DNA of 64,000 bases from Callorhinchus milii (taxonomy: Eukaryota). How positions within the stretch are numbered: position 1 is the first letter of the stretch; the number at the start of each line of letters is the position of its first letter. The stretch spans positions 108,068,001 to 108,132,000 of the forward strand of contig NW_024704742.1 in the NCBI RefSeq assembly GCF_018977255.1, written 5' to 3'. The notes beneath the pieces were generated by a model, which made no database searches, was not told where the DNA came from, and saw only the letters and a list, made by a program, of their open reading frames with translations. This document shows, piece by piece, positions 51,751 through 64,000 of the stretch. A program made the position numbers and the translations under genes.

Positions 51751-53379
51751 TGAATTTAACAACAGCTAACAGTTAGGAGCTAACAGACAGTTCAGCCCCA
51801 ATTCTGTTGTAACATACAACACAAAAACAACTGGATCATTTTCATATCTCGCACTACAGATTTCCAACTCCTTTCCAGAGAGAATCACATTTACACACAT
51901 CTGTGTATATTTTATATGCCACAGGAAGGTCTGGTTTTAAATAGCTCTTGTTAGATCGTATAGTTTTAAGTGCCATTAAATTTAAAAAACATAAAAATAC
52001 TAAAGTATAAAATTGGACGCAAGGGCATTTCTTCTTGATTGTTGATAAATATACTAACCTTGGAAGGTGAGCTGAGGTTATTTTCTGTTAGTGATACGTA
52101 AGTAAATTTACTGACAGCTATCACAAGGCATAGTCTTATTAGAAATGATCAGAAACGACACCCTATAACATGTTCTTGAATGTTGGCAAGTCTCACAAAC
52201 TATGCAATATGCTATTACATTTCACTGAAGGACTAATCTTGTTTGTTGAATTCATTTATTACCTTTCAAAGTATGACTTGAATTTTAAATTGACGTTTTC
52301 AGTGCTAAGTGGAATTTAATAATAATAATTTCAAGAAATTGTGCCTCCGGTAATACTGTCTAATTGATTCATTTTTAACCATCTACAAGAAAGAGTTTAT
52401 TCCAGCCAAACGAAAAGACGATCTTGTCACCTCTTTGACAAGTGAAATTGCTTTGCACTATTCAATACAAGGAGCTTTTCCATTATGTATAAAACTGTTA
52501 TGTTGAAGAGCATAAAGACAGATGAAGGGATTTTAAACAGAATGAAGAGCTTTTTTTAAAAATCTTTGTCTGTTCATTCATTCCTTACCCGTACAACCTA
52601 CAGTTGGAATGGAAGGAAACTATCAACCGGTGTAAGGAGTGCAGTGGGAGAGGAATCCACTTAGCCTCTAGCTCTGGCAAAGACTAAAGCTGCAACTTAC
52701 AAGCCAAATTTATGGCAAGTTTTGTTAATGGCCACTGAGTGAGGCTCAGTACTGTTGGGCTGGCATTTCCCTCTTTCGGGACAAGTATAACAAGGCTGTA
52801 GCTGATCCACATTCCTTTCAGGCAATGCTTTATTCGCTACTGGCAGATATCTACCAAACGTAGCAGGGGTACTGGAATTGATTTTAAGCATACAATTCTA
52901 TTTGATTTGTTTTATTAATCTGCTGTCTCATGGGACTAGATGTGAGAAGTGAAAGGAGCAGAGGGAAAAAAGTGGAGGTGAGGGGTAGGAAATACAATAC
53001 GTGATCATTAATACCCTTTAATATTAATAGAGTGAGATACTATGTATTCAGAATAAATGGACAACTGAGGCCTGAATTTGTTTATGGTCTTAGGCTTCTT
53101 AGAACTATTTTCTTAAAATGTACAATTGTGCAGAATTTTTGCAAGTTTTAATTCAGTCTTAATTTGGGAGCCAGAATTATGCATGTATTTTAAGGACTAT
53201 ATTAAAGTTGATTTCGAGAATTTTTCAAAACCTCTACACAATCTTAAACAATAAATCTCACATCTGATATAGTACCTTATCCCATCATTGAAACACCTCA
53301 AAGAATTTCCCAGGATTTACAGCATACTGCAGTGACTGTGTACAATTCATAAAAGAGAATGGAGATTTTTTCTGATATG

Positions 53380-53562
53380 TTGGTCAATAATCCTCCAAAA
53401 ATAAAAAAAGTTACTCATTTTATGGGACATTGCTGTGCACAAATTGGCTGCCGTAATTGTCTACAAAATACACAGTCACTACACTTGACAATATCTTGTG
53501 AAACGCTTTGAGACAACCGCCTGCCATTAAAAGGCGCTATATAGATGCAAGGATTTTTTATT
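53380..53562 (+). mobile_element. SINE 3' part
   Basis: gggacattgctgtgcacaaattggctgcc..ggcgctatatagatgcaagga. Confidence 0.7.
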
Positions 53563-54759
53563 GGTTTGAAGTTTGGAGCTCCCTAGGAGCTGGCAGTTTT
53601 CTCCTGGGTTCTGTTTTCATTTTGTGTGATGGATTCAGCTTTGGTCCGTATTTCTATGCTACGTGAAGTTGCCAGTACTGACACTGGCTGTCAGTGTGCT
53701 CCGCATTCCTGATGCCTGATGACATTCACACTGGAGGAATAACAAAGATGATATCATTACTGCCCCTTTATCAAAGAAACAACCTGCCGTCGATTATCAG
53801 AAAATTTAATTTCTGCATGCACATTTTAGAAGCATAATCTTCAGTAAAACTAATGCGGTGAATAGTGATAGGCAATAAATAATAAGCTGTCTGGAATGTG
53901 TGGCTCTCACCCAAAACACTCCCCGTCCCTGCACCTTCTGGTTGCAGTGAGTAACTAGCCTAGATTTGCCTGCAGCATCTACAGCTGCTCATCAATCACT
54001 GTCTAACACAAAACCTGCAGTCCCTCCTGGCTGAGACAGAACAATTTTTCAGGGAAAGCTGCAATAGAGATAAGTGCATACTCTCGGCTAATAGACCTCA
54101 ATTTGTAGTCTGCTGCAAGGCACGGGAATGCTTCTGCAGTTGACGGACAATTCATGCACCTTTGTACTCAGCACAAACCGCATACTGTAATAACATCTGC
54201 CCCAGCTATTAACCAACTGATAGCAACCTGACAGAAAGAGAAAGCTTCCGCTTTCCTCAGTCATTTTGCTGCAGGGCTGTCAGGTGTCTCCTGGGCACGA
54301 TTTGTCATATAATTCTCCACCTAGGAAGGCCACACAGCAGTAAATTACAAGTTACTTTTGCTGAAGTAGTTTCTTGATTACCATTATGATTGTAGGAATT
54401 AATTATTTTGTTCAATCACAAAACCTGTTACAAAGGAGCACTCCAGAGTTAGTTGGCCTGAGCAATGTTGAACTGATTGTGTAATTTAACGCTTGCTGGG
54501 ATATCAGCCTCTGCATTATTCACTGTTTAACCTTTTGGATACAGGAACAGCAATAGAAATTGGAACTTTAAATTACTTTACAATTACATCAACAGGAACA
54601 ATGGTGAAAAATGCCACATTGCATTATCGATTCAAAAACACATTTGATTATTATTGAGCCTATTATGAAACATCACATTTTTACCCCAATGTTCTGTCAG
54701 ATTACAATGCAAATGGTATAAACTTTTCAGGGCAACCAGGGAATAACTTGTAACTAAAG

Positions 54760-55440
54760 ATCATAGGAAGCATAGACTGTAGTAATTTGGCCCATTGTAT
54801 TTGTGCTAGTGTTAGCTTCCCAATCCCATATTCCTGCTCACTAATTTAATATTATCTGTCTCAAGTATTTATCTATTTCCTTTTACAGACTGTGCTGTTA
54901 TAAACATGCTTTCCATGGCCAAATGTGGCAATGCATTCCACATTCTAACAATCCTCTATCTTAACCTCAATGTCTCTTCTTATTGCATGTCTTCTTATTA
55001 CTGACTAGCCAACCAATGCAAAATAGGAGTGAAAATTTGCAATGTTTCCTCAAAGGTTCAACGTGTCAATTAAAAATTTCCTTTGATAACTAAAGACTGC
55101 TCCTGGATGTGAATGCTTACCCCTTCCCCCAGACAGAACTTGTTAGGTCCAAAGCCAATCTGGTTCTCATCTGCCATTGTTGTTGGATTAACCAATTCTG
55201 TAATCTCTATATTTACCCTACAAAATACATTCAGAATATTTAAACCTTCTATTAGATTCCCCTTTAATCTTCTCTGCTTCAGTAAAACTAGACTCAACAT
55301 TTCAAGCCTCTCCAAATCTTGTACCCTCTTTCTAATTATATATTTTCTGTTACGATGAGTCAGACTCCAACTGCTACTGAACCAATTTCATGTACAAATT
55401 TACCTCCTTGCTTTGGTTGTTGTTCCCCTGGGCCGATGTA
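54760..55440 (-). mobile_element. Old CR1 3' fragment with an internal insertion (about 55023-55195)
   Basis: ERLEMLSL..KQRRLKGNLIEGLNIL in ORF 55070-55315; catagg tail near 54761. Confidence 0.6.
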
Positions 55441-56139
55441 TAAAACCTACAATTTTATTTCTTTTTTATGATGTGCTTCAGATGAATAGTTTGAAATTTT
55501 TTAAGTTAAAGCCACAATAATTAATTGAGGTGCAAATATTCTGAAAGATCCTCTTTCAGTATTTTTAGGTATAAGGCAGTAAATATATCCAGCTCACTTT
55601 ACTACAGGTACATCATTTAAGAAGGGATCTGAGTGATAGAAAATAACATAAATGTTATTGCATTCACTCACATTCAACATCAACAACAAATAACAAATTA
55701 CATTTTGTATAGAGCCTTTCATGTCGGGAGGACGTCCCAAGGCGCTGATATTAAACATCAATATTAAGATATCACCTGTGATTAAATCACATTTACAATC
55801 TATATTTTCGTTGACAAATTACTATTGATCTAAAGATGGTACTACTGTTAACATATTTTGACAAACAATGGTATAAATACTTGTAATACCGGTGATAGTC
55901 TGGATATTTGACTGAAGGAGATGTCTTTCACCTGATCTGGATTCACTACAACAAATCTGGAATGAATAATTATAATACATTCGCCTCAACCAGTTAAGGT
56001 AATCCAGGCATGAATTGCTTAGGCACTAGGCCTGATCAATCTGAGATAAAACCTGATGAATACTGGATCTCATCTAGCTACGATTGCTCTTCAGATTGAC
56101 AAGAACTTATAGTCTACTCTTACAATCCAATAAAGCACC

Positions 56140-56463
56140 AGTGCATTATCGGAAGTGCCATCTTTTGAAGTCGACATTAAACTGAGATCCCACCAGTGTC
56201 TGTTCAGATGGATATTAAAGACCCAATGACACGATTCAAAAAGAGAAGGGAGTTTCTCTCGGTCTCCTGGCAGAAATTCCTCAATTGGGATTGTTCATTA
56301 ACTTCGTGGCTGTTTGTGTGACATTGCTGTGTGCAAAATTGGCTGCTGTGCTCACCTACAAATACTATATATAGCCACTGCATGTTGTAATAAATACCGT
56401 GGTGCTTTTTGAGATGTTCAGTTCATATGAAAAGATGCTATATCAAATGCAAGGATTATTGTT
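56140..56463 (+). mobile_element. Deu-domain SINE
   Basis: ggaagtgccatctttt..cattaaactgag..taaagacccaatgacac..gctgtgtgcaaaattggctgc..tail. Confidence 0.75.
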
Positions 56464-57229
56464 ACCTTACTCTTTTCTTTAACACTTATTTCTCCTACAC
56501 TGGGTTCTCCTCTATCTCCACCACATTGTCCTTGACCAATCCGAGCTGGGAAGATGGAACAACTTTGGTCACCATTATCTCGATAGCATCAACAGAGTGC
56601 AAAAGCACGTCAACTGTTCCATCCACCTCCTCTGTTCAGGGTGACATCCTCTGCTGTCAAGAAATGTGTCACTGAGCAGTCCAGCCTGTACCTGAATAAA
56701 ATTCTAATATTCTACGGGTCAAGCAGATTGGAATGATATGTTCCCTCACAGCTTGAACTCAACACCAGTTGATAAATGAGTGTTTAGCTTCTGGGCCATT
56801 AAGCTGCCCCTTTAACCTTTTCAACAGCATATATAGGTTTGAAGACAATGCCTCCGAGACAGCAGTTAGACTGTATTTAGTTTGCATCACTGTTTTCCTT
56901 CTTGGTGCAATCAATACAGCATTGTGATATGTGTGCAGCTGGTGTTCAGTGGATAGAGATCATTCGATACAAGAATTCATCTGGTCAAGTAAGTACAAAC
57001 TAACACTGTGCATCTATAATAACCTCACGGTATGTTGCTGAAAGATTTAAACACATGGGAGTCCATTTCCTCAATTTGCAGTTGAGTTCCCAATATAATC
57101 TAAAAAGAAAAATCCACCTAATTGGAACAAGTTGCACTAATATAGGATCCTTCATGTAGGGTAATGTATTACTGAGTTTAAAAGATGGGTTTGGAGTTCA
57201 AGTGAGGGAAAGCGGAAGTTGGAGGTGGC

Positions 57230-57530
57230 CATTCGAAGAGGTAGGTTTTGAGGTGAGACTTAAAGACAGAGAGAGGGGGCAAAAGTGATGGGTATTAGGA
57301 GGGAGTTTCAGAGATTTAATCCTTGCGTTTGATCCTTGCATTTGATATAGCACTTTTCACGTATTCTAGACGTTTCAAAGCGCTTCACAGAATATACTGT
57401 AAAGTGAGTTGACTGTATATTTGTGGGCGATTAGGGTGATAGGATCTGAAGGTTTGGCTACTGATGATGGCACAGGGTGGGCTTGGGATGTGTAGTAAGC
57501 ACCAATTACCCAAGTGGATGGGGCAAACGG
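57230..57530 (-). mobile_element. Old L2 3' fragment interrupted by a SINE 3' piece (57317-57430)
   Basis: gaagaggtaggttttgagg..gggagggagtttcagag flanking aatccttgcatttgatatagc..ttgtgggcga. Confidence 0.6.
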
Positions 57531-59659
57531 ACAAGCAGGATAGAAGATCAGAGAGTTAAGGAGTGGCTAAGGCGTGAGTGAACTTGTTGTTCACCTAACC
57601 ATAAACCAATTCTTCCGTTCTGAACTGTGTTGTAGATGTTTGTAAGTTTGTAATTTCTTTTTATGCTGTACATAGTCAACAACATTTTGCTTGTTTCCAC
57701 CTTGCCCGCTGACTTCATCGTGGCCAGGCTTTCCATTTAAAAAATGAATCCAGATGGGTTGCCAAACACTGCTGCAATCAAACACTTTGAATAATGTCTC
57801 AGCTGGGGCCATTTTTACTTGGAAATTACTCCACAATGAAGTCAGTCGGCCAACAGAAAGAAGGCAGTATTGAGGACTCACTTTATCCCTTTGGCCATCT
57901 TCATATGTTCTTATAGAGCAAACCCTACATACAGCATTAGCTTTTAAGCAACTAGTGACTATCCTCCTGGGGGGAGGAGGGGGCAGTAAGTGGGATCTCC
58001 TTGGAGCTGGACTGGCTACAAGGTGACGTGATGTCTTTGGCATTGACTGTCAGAATTGAGTTAATCCTCTGTGGTGGTCTTGGTAGTCCAGTTCCTGAGC
58101 CAGGCAGATACAAGGCAATCCAGACACTGATGATGACAGAGCAGCTAGCTGGCTCATCGGCAAAACTTGAGGTAGTTACTCAGGTCAGGGATTGTTCCCA
58201 CTCAGCTCCTATTAACCCTGCAAGCCATAGCCCTCACTGAATAAACGGCAGGAAGCTTGCCAGACATGTCTCAATGGCATGTCATGCGTTTTACCTGTTT
58301 AAACTCAACCAATACCCAATGACCACTCTGGGGCCTCAAACCTTGGCTCTTATACTGTGCCTAATACTTTCCAGAAATAGGTAAGCAGGGTGCATCCCTC
58401 CAGGGAGAGAGTGCTCATTCCATTGCAGGCACAGGGAGATTTCTATGAATAGGTGATATACATACGTGGAACGTTCAGTCCAGTTTAGATACTCTTAAGC
58501 ACAATAATGGGTTTCCTCAAGCAACACCCGCTGAACAAAAAATGCAATCTCTTTGGTACAGGAAGCATATTATTTCACTTGAACCCTTGTTTTTTTTTTG
58601 GCAGATTTTCCCCAATACAATATTGTTCTGGCATTCTGATATTGTAAAACACCACTCTTTTCTTAACTGATGCATAAAAATGGCAACAGCAATGGAAAAT
58701 ACAAACTCTGATATTAACCTCCAAAACTGGAAAGCTCCAAAATAATAACAAAGCAAAACTGCAAATATAATAGAAAATAATTGATGCCGGGAGCACAGTC
58801 AAGGCTGTAATACATTCCTAGGGTTCAACTAACTGTGTGAAGCTTCATTCCTGCAGTATGATGGCATTCAGGCTTTTTTACATCTTTGTTATATTCCCAA
58901 CTAGAAATTCTTCTCTATAAAATGGCAACCAGGTTCAGTGTTACAGTTTCCAAAGGCCATTCAGAACTGCTTGAATAATTGTTAATTGGTAAGTTGTTAC
59001 ATATGGGTTTAATGAGGTCACCATGGAAGGTTGAGAAAATAGAGGGTGAGTCTTTGCCTGTGTTTGAGCAGCAGCCGTTGATTCTGACTCAAGGCTTCTT
59101 GCCTTGCCCTTCCAGACAACCTGAAAACAAACTGAACAAGATCAAACACATTGCAAACTGCCCTGGACCCGAACACAAACAAGCTTCTGGGTTTCCTCCC
59201 AGCCACGATGGTCCAATAATCCATTCCCCACTGAAGTGGCGGCAGGTTTTGTGTGGATCAAATCACTATGGAAAAAGGCTCAGACTAAGTGCATCATGTA
59301 CTTGCTAACACTGAATGCAAATATTCTCTCATATTTGCTCCCTATTTGTGGCCTACACTGAGTGGTTAGCTAACTTACAACAACTCCCACATCATTTAGG
59401 TATTATTTGACATTTGCATTCTGTTGCACATTCACCCACAAACCACAAACACACAAAAACACTCACAGTCAATCCACTTTATAGTATAGCCTGTGAAGCA
59501 CTTTGGGATGTTCTCCTGAGATGAAAAGTCTTTTACCAAATGTAAGCATTATTATTATTATTTCATACAAAGATCGAAAACATGGTATTTGCAACAGAAT
59601 TCATAATTATTGAATTCTGTTGGTAAACAGATGTTTGTCATATTGACTTGTGCAATGCA

Positions 59660-59920
59660 GTGTCACGAGTGTGTTGCATTGTCAGAGCTGATGTCCTTCA
59701 GATGATACTTTAAACCAAGATCCTATCTGGCTTTTTAGGTGGACTTTAAAGATTCCTACTTGAAAAGAGGTCATGGCCAACAATCCCCCAAATAAACTTG
59801 GTCACTCATTCCACAAAATATACAGTCAATCCATTTGACAGTGCATCCTGTGAAGCACTTTGAGACATTGCAAAGATGTGATAAGGTGCTTTATAAACTG
59901 CAAAAATGATTATTATTATT
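59660..59920 (+). mobile_element. Degenerate Deu-domain SINE
   Basis: gatgtccttcagatgatactttaaaccaagatcc..ggtggactttaaagattcc..tail. Confidence 0.6.
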
Positions 59921-60209
59921 GTGGGAACTCCACTCCGACATGATCTACTTCCAGGCATGCAGAAGAGAGTTTGCAGAATGGTGAGCCAGCATTTACAAAT
60001 GCTTTGCAAATCCTGTTGCAAATATTGTATTTTCCACTCCTGCATTAGAGGGTGAAAAGCTGTTGTTTTACAGCCACACACCGGCACAACAGGCAGCCAT
60101 TGTAGCACTCCCAGACTCTTAGATCAGTTCTTGATTCCATGGTGCCTTGTGAGGCACTTAGCAAGCAACGCTCACTCCCTATATTCACTGTGCATTGTAT
60201 CACATGCAT

Positions 60210-60830
60210 CTTACTTTAATATGTTATGTTGAAGCTTTGTAAATCATTGGTTAGGCCTCAGCTGAAGTAATGTGTCCAATTCCTGGTGTCACACTTTAGG
60301 AAGGATGTCAGGGCCTTGGAGAGGGTGCAGATGAGATTTACAACAATGATACTGGGGATGAGGGACTTCAATTATGTGGAGAGGCTAAAGAAACTGGGGT
60401 TGTTCTAAGAGCAGAGAAGGTTGAGGGGAGATCTAATGAAGGTGTTCAAAATTATAAGGGATTTTGATAGAGTAGATAGGGAGAAACTGTTTCCTCTGGT
60501 GGGTGGATCAGTAACCAGGGGACACAGATTTAAGATAATTGGCAAAGGAACTACAACAACAACAACAAAATCACATTTGTATAGCACCTTTCACGTCGGA
60601 AAGACGTCCCAAGCTAGAGGGGAGATGAGGAAACATTTTTTTCCTTGAGAGTTTGGAATGCAATGCCTGAAAGGGTGGTGGAAGCAGATTCGATAGTAGG
60701 TTTCAAAAGGGAATTGGATAGCTACTTAAAAATAAAAGAATTGCATGGTTATGGGCTAAGAGTGGGGGAGTAGTATTAGTTAGACAGCTCTTTCAAATGG
60801 CCTCTATCTGTGCTGTAAGATTCCATGATT
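60210..60830 (+). mobile_element. CR1 3' region carrying a 60-bp antisense L2-tail insertion (60554-60613)
   Basis: RGDLMKVFKII..EKLFPLVGGSVTRGHRFKI..MRKHFF; terminal tgtgctgtaagattccatgatt. Confidence 0.9.
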
Positions 60831-62619
60831 TTCGGAGCAAAGAATTAACTTTGAGAATCTCACGGAACCAAAGCACAATTGCAATATAAAAGATAAAAAT
60901 GAGAAGGTGAAATATATTTGTTATGGGCAAATCTAGCATAAATGTTCCCGTCTCCAGTTACAGACATTAAAAATTTGTAAAGCTGCCATGAGTTTAATAT
61001 CACCTTTGCATACAAATGGGCCTAATATGCACCATTCACTAACTGTAGTTAATCTTTTAATGTGTGCTCATAAAGAGATTTCTTACCTTATCAAGTGGCA
61101 CAGAACAGCCGCCATGTCGTTAAAGGATGAGCAGCATGAGAATAAATTTCAAAGCATTCTCTACTCTAACTGCCATACATAAAGGTCTATTGCATCAAGG
61201 CATAGGAATTCTTATACATCCCGTGCTCAATTGTAAAACTCTCATTATAACACCCTGCCAGGGAGAAGCCTAAACTTTGGCTCCTAACTCTTTCATGTTG
61301 CAGGCTGAGACCTTCACTGCAGCACACTGCACATTGTAACATATAAAATAAGGTCCCCCAGGACCATGTTCTAATGAGGGTGAAGTGTATGTCAATGCTG
61401 ATTTCCTCAACCAGGCTTTTTGTACGTTCCCACAATTTCAGCAGCATTGCCATCCTGTGAGGCTTTCTTTCCAAGACTGTCAACAGGGCAGCCCTCATTA
61501 ACAGTTAGTTGTTTCTTGGAGTGAATTATACTGAAATAGCTTCAAGTGCCCATCGTAGACCACCCTAATGATATCAAAAAATTAAGCACTCTAAGGCTGC
61601 TTACAAACACCAATCATCTATATACCAAGGATCTAATAGATTTTTTCTTTAAAAGTATTCAATAATTTCAAAATCCCTGAAGAAAATTCAATTTATTTGA
61701 ACGGAAGCAACAAAATTCACAATCACAAGAGGCGAATATTTCGGGTTAAAGTTAAAGGAGGTTGTAAATTGAATGTAGGTGGCAGACCCCTTTAAGCGGC
61801 TTTGCTTTTCTGTTAATTTTAAATTGGGAATAAACCAAAATGGTTAATTTGCTCTATGTGCTCCACATTGTTTTGTGTTCAAAATGTGTTAAAGATTAGG
61901 TACTATCCCACTTCCCACTTCTTTCCATAATTTAAGTAAAGTTGTCCCTGTACATTTAAAAATAAATATAACACAATATTAAATTATAAATAATGCACTG
62001 TAAATTCACAATGAAATTATCCTTTTAAAAAAAGATTGTGTTTACTTAGAAACTATAGGAGCAAATTTTGCTGAAAGCACTGAACAGGATAGAAGATCAA
62101 AGCACGAGCTACCCAGCAAGCACAGAGCAGAATGGCCCTGCAAGAAACCTCACAAAAACCACCTACATTATTTTGCACATGGCAGCCATTAAAGTAAATT
62201 ACCACAATTAAAATATTTAATTGCCACCAATTTGAGGTGAAAATGAAGCCAATAAATCTTTTATCACAAGTTAGGAGCCTGTTACCTTTATAGACTAGGT
62301 TTCAATCAAGCTTGCTGTAACCTCCAAAAGGCAAAATCTTTATCTTCCTAATAGGTCTAGCTCTTGAACAAAAATGGAACAGTGTTTCTTTGAAACCACA
62401 CTGTATCTCTATTTAATACATAATTTACAATCCTATTGATTTATTGGGTTTTGTTGCAAATCATTTATAATACATCACTTCTCAAGGTGTTTTGAAATCG
62501 CTCGAAAATAATGCAATTGGTATCCAGTGCTGAACTAAACATAATAATACTGATATGAACTAGATGATAATAATCATGATAATAAGATATAATAAGTTCT
62601 TATATGATAATGGATGATA

Positions 62620-63697
62620 ATAAGATATGCCTAGATATGAACCAAAGCTAAAACTGGTTGATTAACAAAGATCCGAGAGCCCAAACAGCTCTCATAATAT
62701 CAGCACAAGACCAAACTATTTCTACCAGTTATTATGAAAATAAGATCTTAAGGAGAAACATTGATCCAAAATGCAGAATATGCCGCCAGGCGTCAGAAAC
62801 AGGAGACCACATATTCTTATCGTGTCCAGCCCTAGCACAATCAGAGTATCTGATTCAACATAGCAATGGAGCTAAATATATTCACTGGACAATTTGTAAA
62901 CACTTTGATATTGATATAAAGACCAAATGGTATGAACATCAACTAGCAAAAATGACATCGGAAAGTAACATTACAATAACCTGAGACTCACAAGTACATA
63001 CAGATAAAACAGGAATCTGTAACAAACCAGATATTATCATAATAAAACAACTAGATTGTACATGTAGTATTATTGATGTGGCTATCCCAAGTGATCACAC
63101 TGTAAGAAATAAGGAACTAGAGAAGATCAGGAAATATATCGATCTACAAATTGAATGCAGACATATGTGGCAGTATAAAACATAGTTCTTATATTTATCG
63201 GTGCAACTATTAATAAGAGTATTCAGAAATGGCTTGACAAAATATCTAGTGAATAAAATATCAACCTCCTGCACAAAGTAATAATAATAATAATAATAAT
63301 CCTTGCATTTGATATAGCGCTTTTCACGTCGGGAGGACGTCCCAAAGCGCTTCACAGAACACACTGTAAAGTGAATTGACTGTATATTTGTGGGCGAACG
63401 CGGCAGCCAATTGCGCACAGCAATGTCCCACAAACAGTCTTAGATTGAAAATGACCAATTTATTATTGTTTTTGGTTTTTGAAGGGATTATTATTAGGCA
63501 TGTGGAGTAAGGAAACTTGCCCAAGGTTTCGCCCTGCCTGGAATTGAACTCAGGTCTCTCACTTGCAAAGCGAGTGCTCTAACCACTGAGCTACAGGACT
63601 CCGTAGCTATTTTAGGAAATAAACATGCTAAGAAAAGTAACATTCCTATGTACCTATGTACCGTGGCAAACTGTAATAACATAATAATAATAATTAT
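62620..63697 (+). mobile_element. R4/Dong-clade non-LTR retrotransposon 3' fragment (CCHC plus restriction-like endonuclease), pseudogenised and split by a SINE
   Basis: AQDQ..CRIC-x7-HIFLSC zinc knuckle, WYEH, then NKPDIIII..IIDVAIP..KELEKIRKYIDL (PD..D RLE); in-frame stop at 62982-62984; (TAA)n end. Confidence 0.8.
63281..63602 (-). mobile_element. tRNA-derived SINE, short variant, young; TSD gta
   Basis: Full-length copy; gta at 63278-63280 and 63603-63605. Confidence 0.93.
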
Positions 63698-63699
63698 AT

Positions 63700-63975
63700 T
63701 GACATACATATATTTTCATGTCAGGGGGTTACACCAAAGCGCTTCGCAGCATATAGTGCAAAGTGGAGTGACTGTTTTGTGGGTGGATGCAGCAGCAAAT
63801 TGCACACAGCAACGTCCCACAACCAACCATGAATTGAAGGACTAATTTTATTGGAGGGATTGTTGGCCTGGACACCCAGAGAAGCTCCCTTCTCTTTTTG
63901 AATAGTGCCATGGGATCTTTAATGACCACCTGAACAGACAGACAAGACGTGGGTTTAACATCTCATCCACATTGG
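63700..63975 (-). mobile_element. Deu-domain SINE fragment
   Basis: aatagtgccatgggatctttaatgaccacctgaacagacag..gtttaacatctcatcc. Confidence 0.75.
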
Positions 63976-64000
63976 GAATAGTTTTATTGACCTACCAATC

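Noticed and set aside
57591..58043. 150-aa minus-strand ORF
   Set aside because: No recognisable domain, splice context or coding-like composition; consistent with a chance ORF

Overview
AT-rich, repeat-dense vertebrate non-coding DNA (intron or intergenic). The repeat content suggests a cartilaginous fish, most likely a chimaera such as Callorhinchus; this is inferred from memory of the repeat families, not from a search. I cannot support any host protein-coding gene, true tRNA, rRNA or CRISPR array. Every recognisable ORF is a retrotransposon relic: L2 and CR1 ORF2 fragments, a Penelope-like GIY-YIG endonuclease, and an R4/Dong-clade CCHC plus restriction-like endonuclease. The window also holds many copies of a young tRNA-Ala-like SINE (two length variants) that shares its 3' tail with L2, an older Deu-domain SINE, and one solo LTR. 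The most notable structures are: (1) a three-level nest at 34-37 kb, where a Penelope-like element with inverted terminal repeats and a minimal hammerhead ribozyme motif contains a SINE that is itself split by an L2; (2) an R4/Dong-like element in TAA-rich DNA; (3) a probable MER121-like ancient element; (4) several unexplained palindromes and hairpins; (5) repeated ultra-short L2 insertions that break at the 3' stem-loop. I found no convincing novel multi-gene system. Repeat boundaries were read by eye and are approximate.
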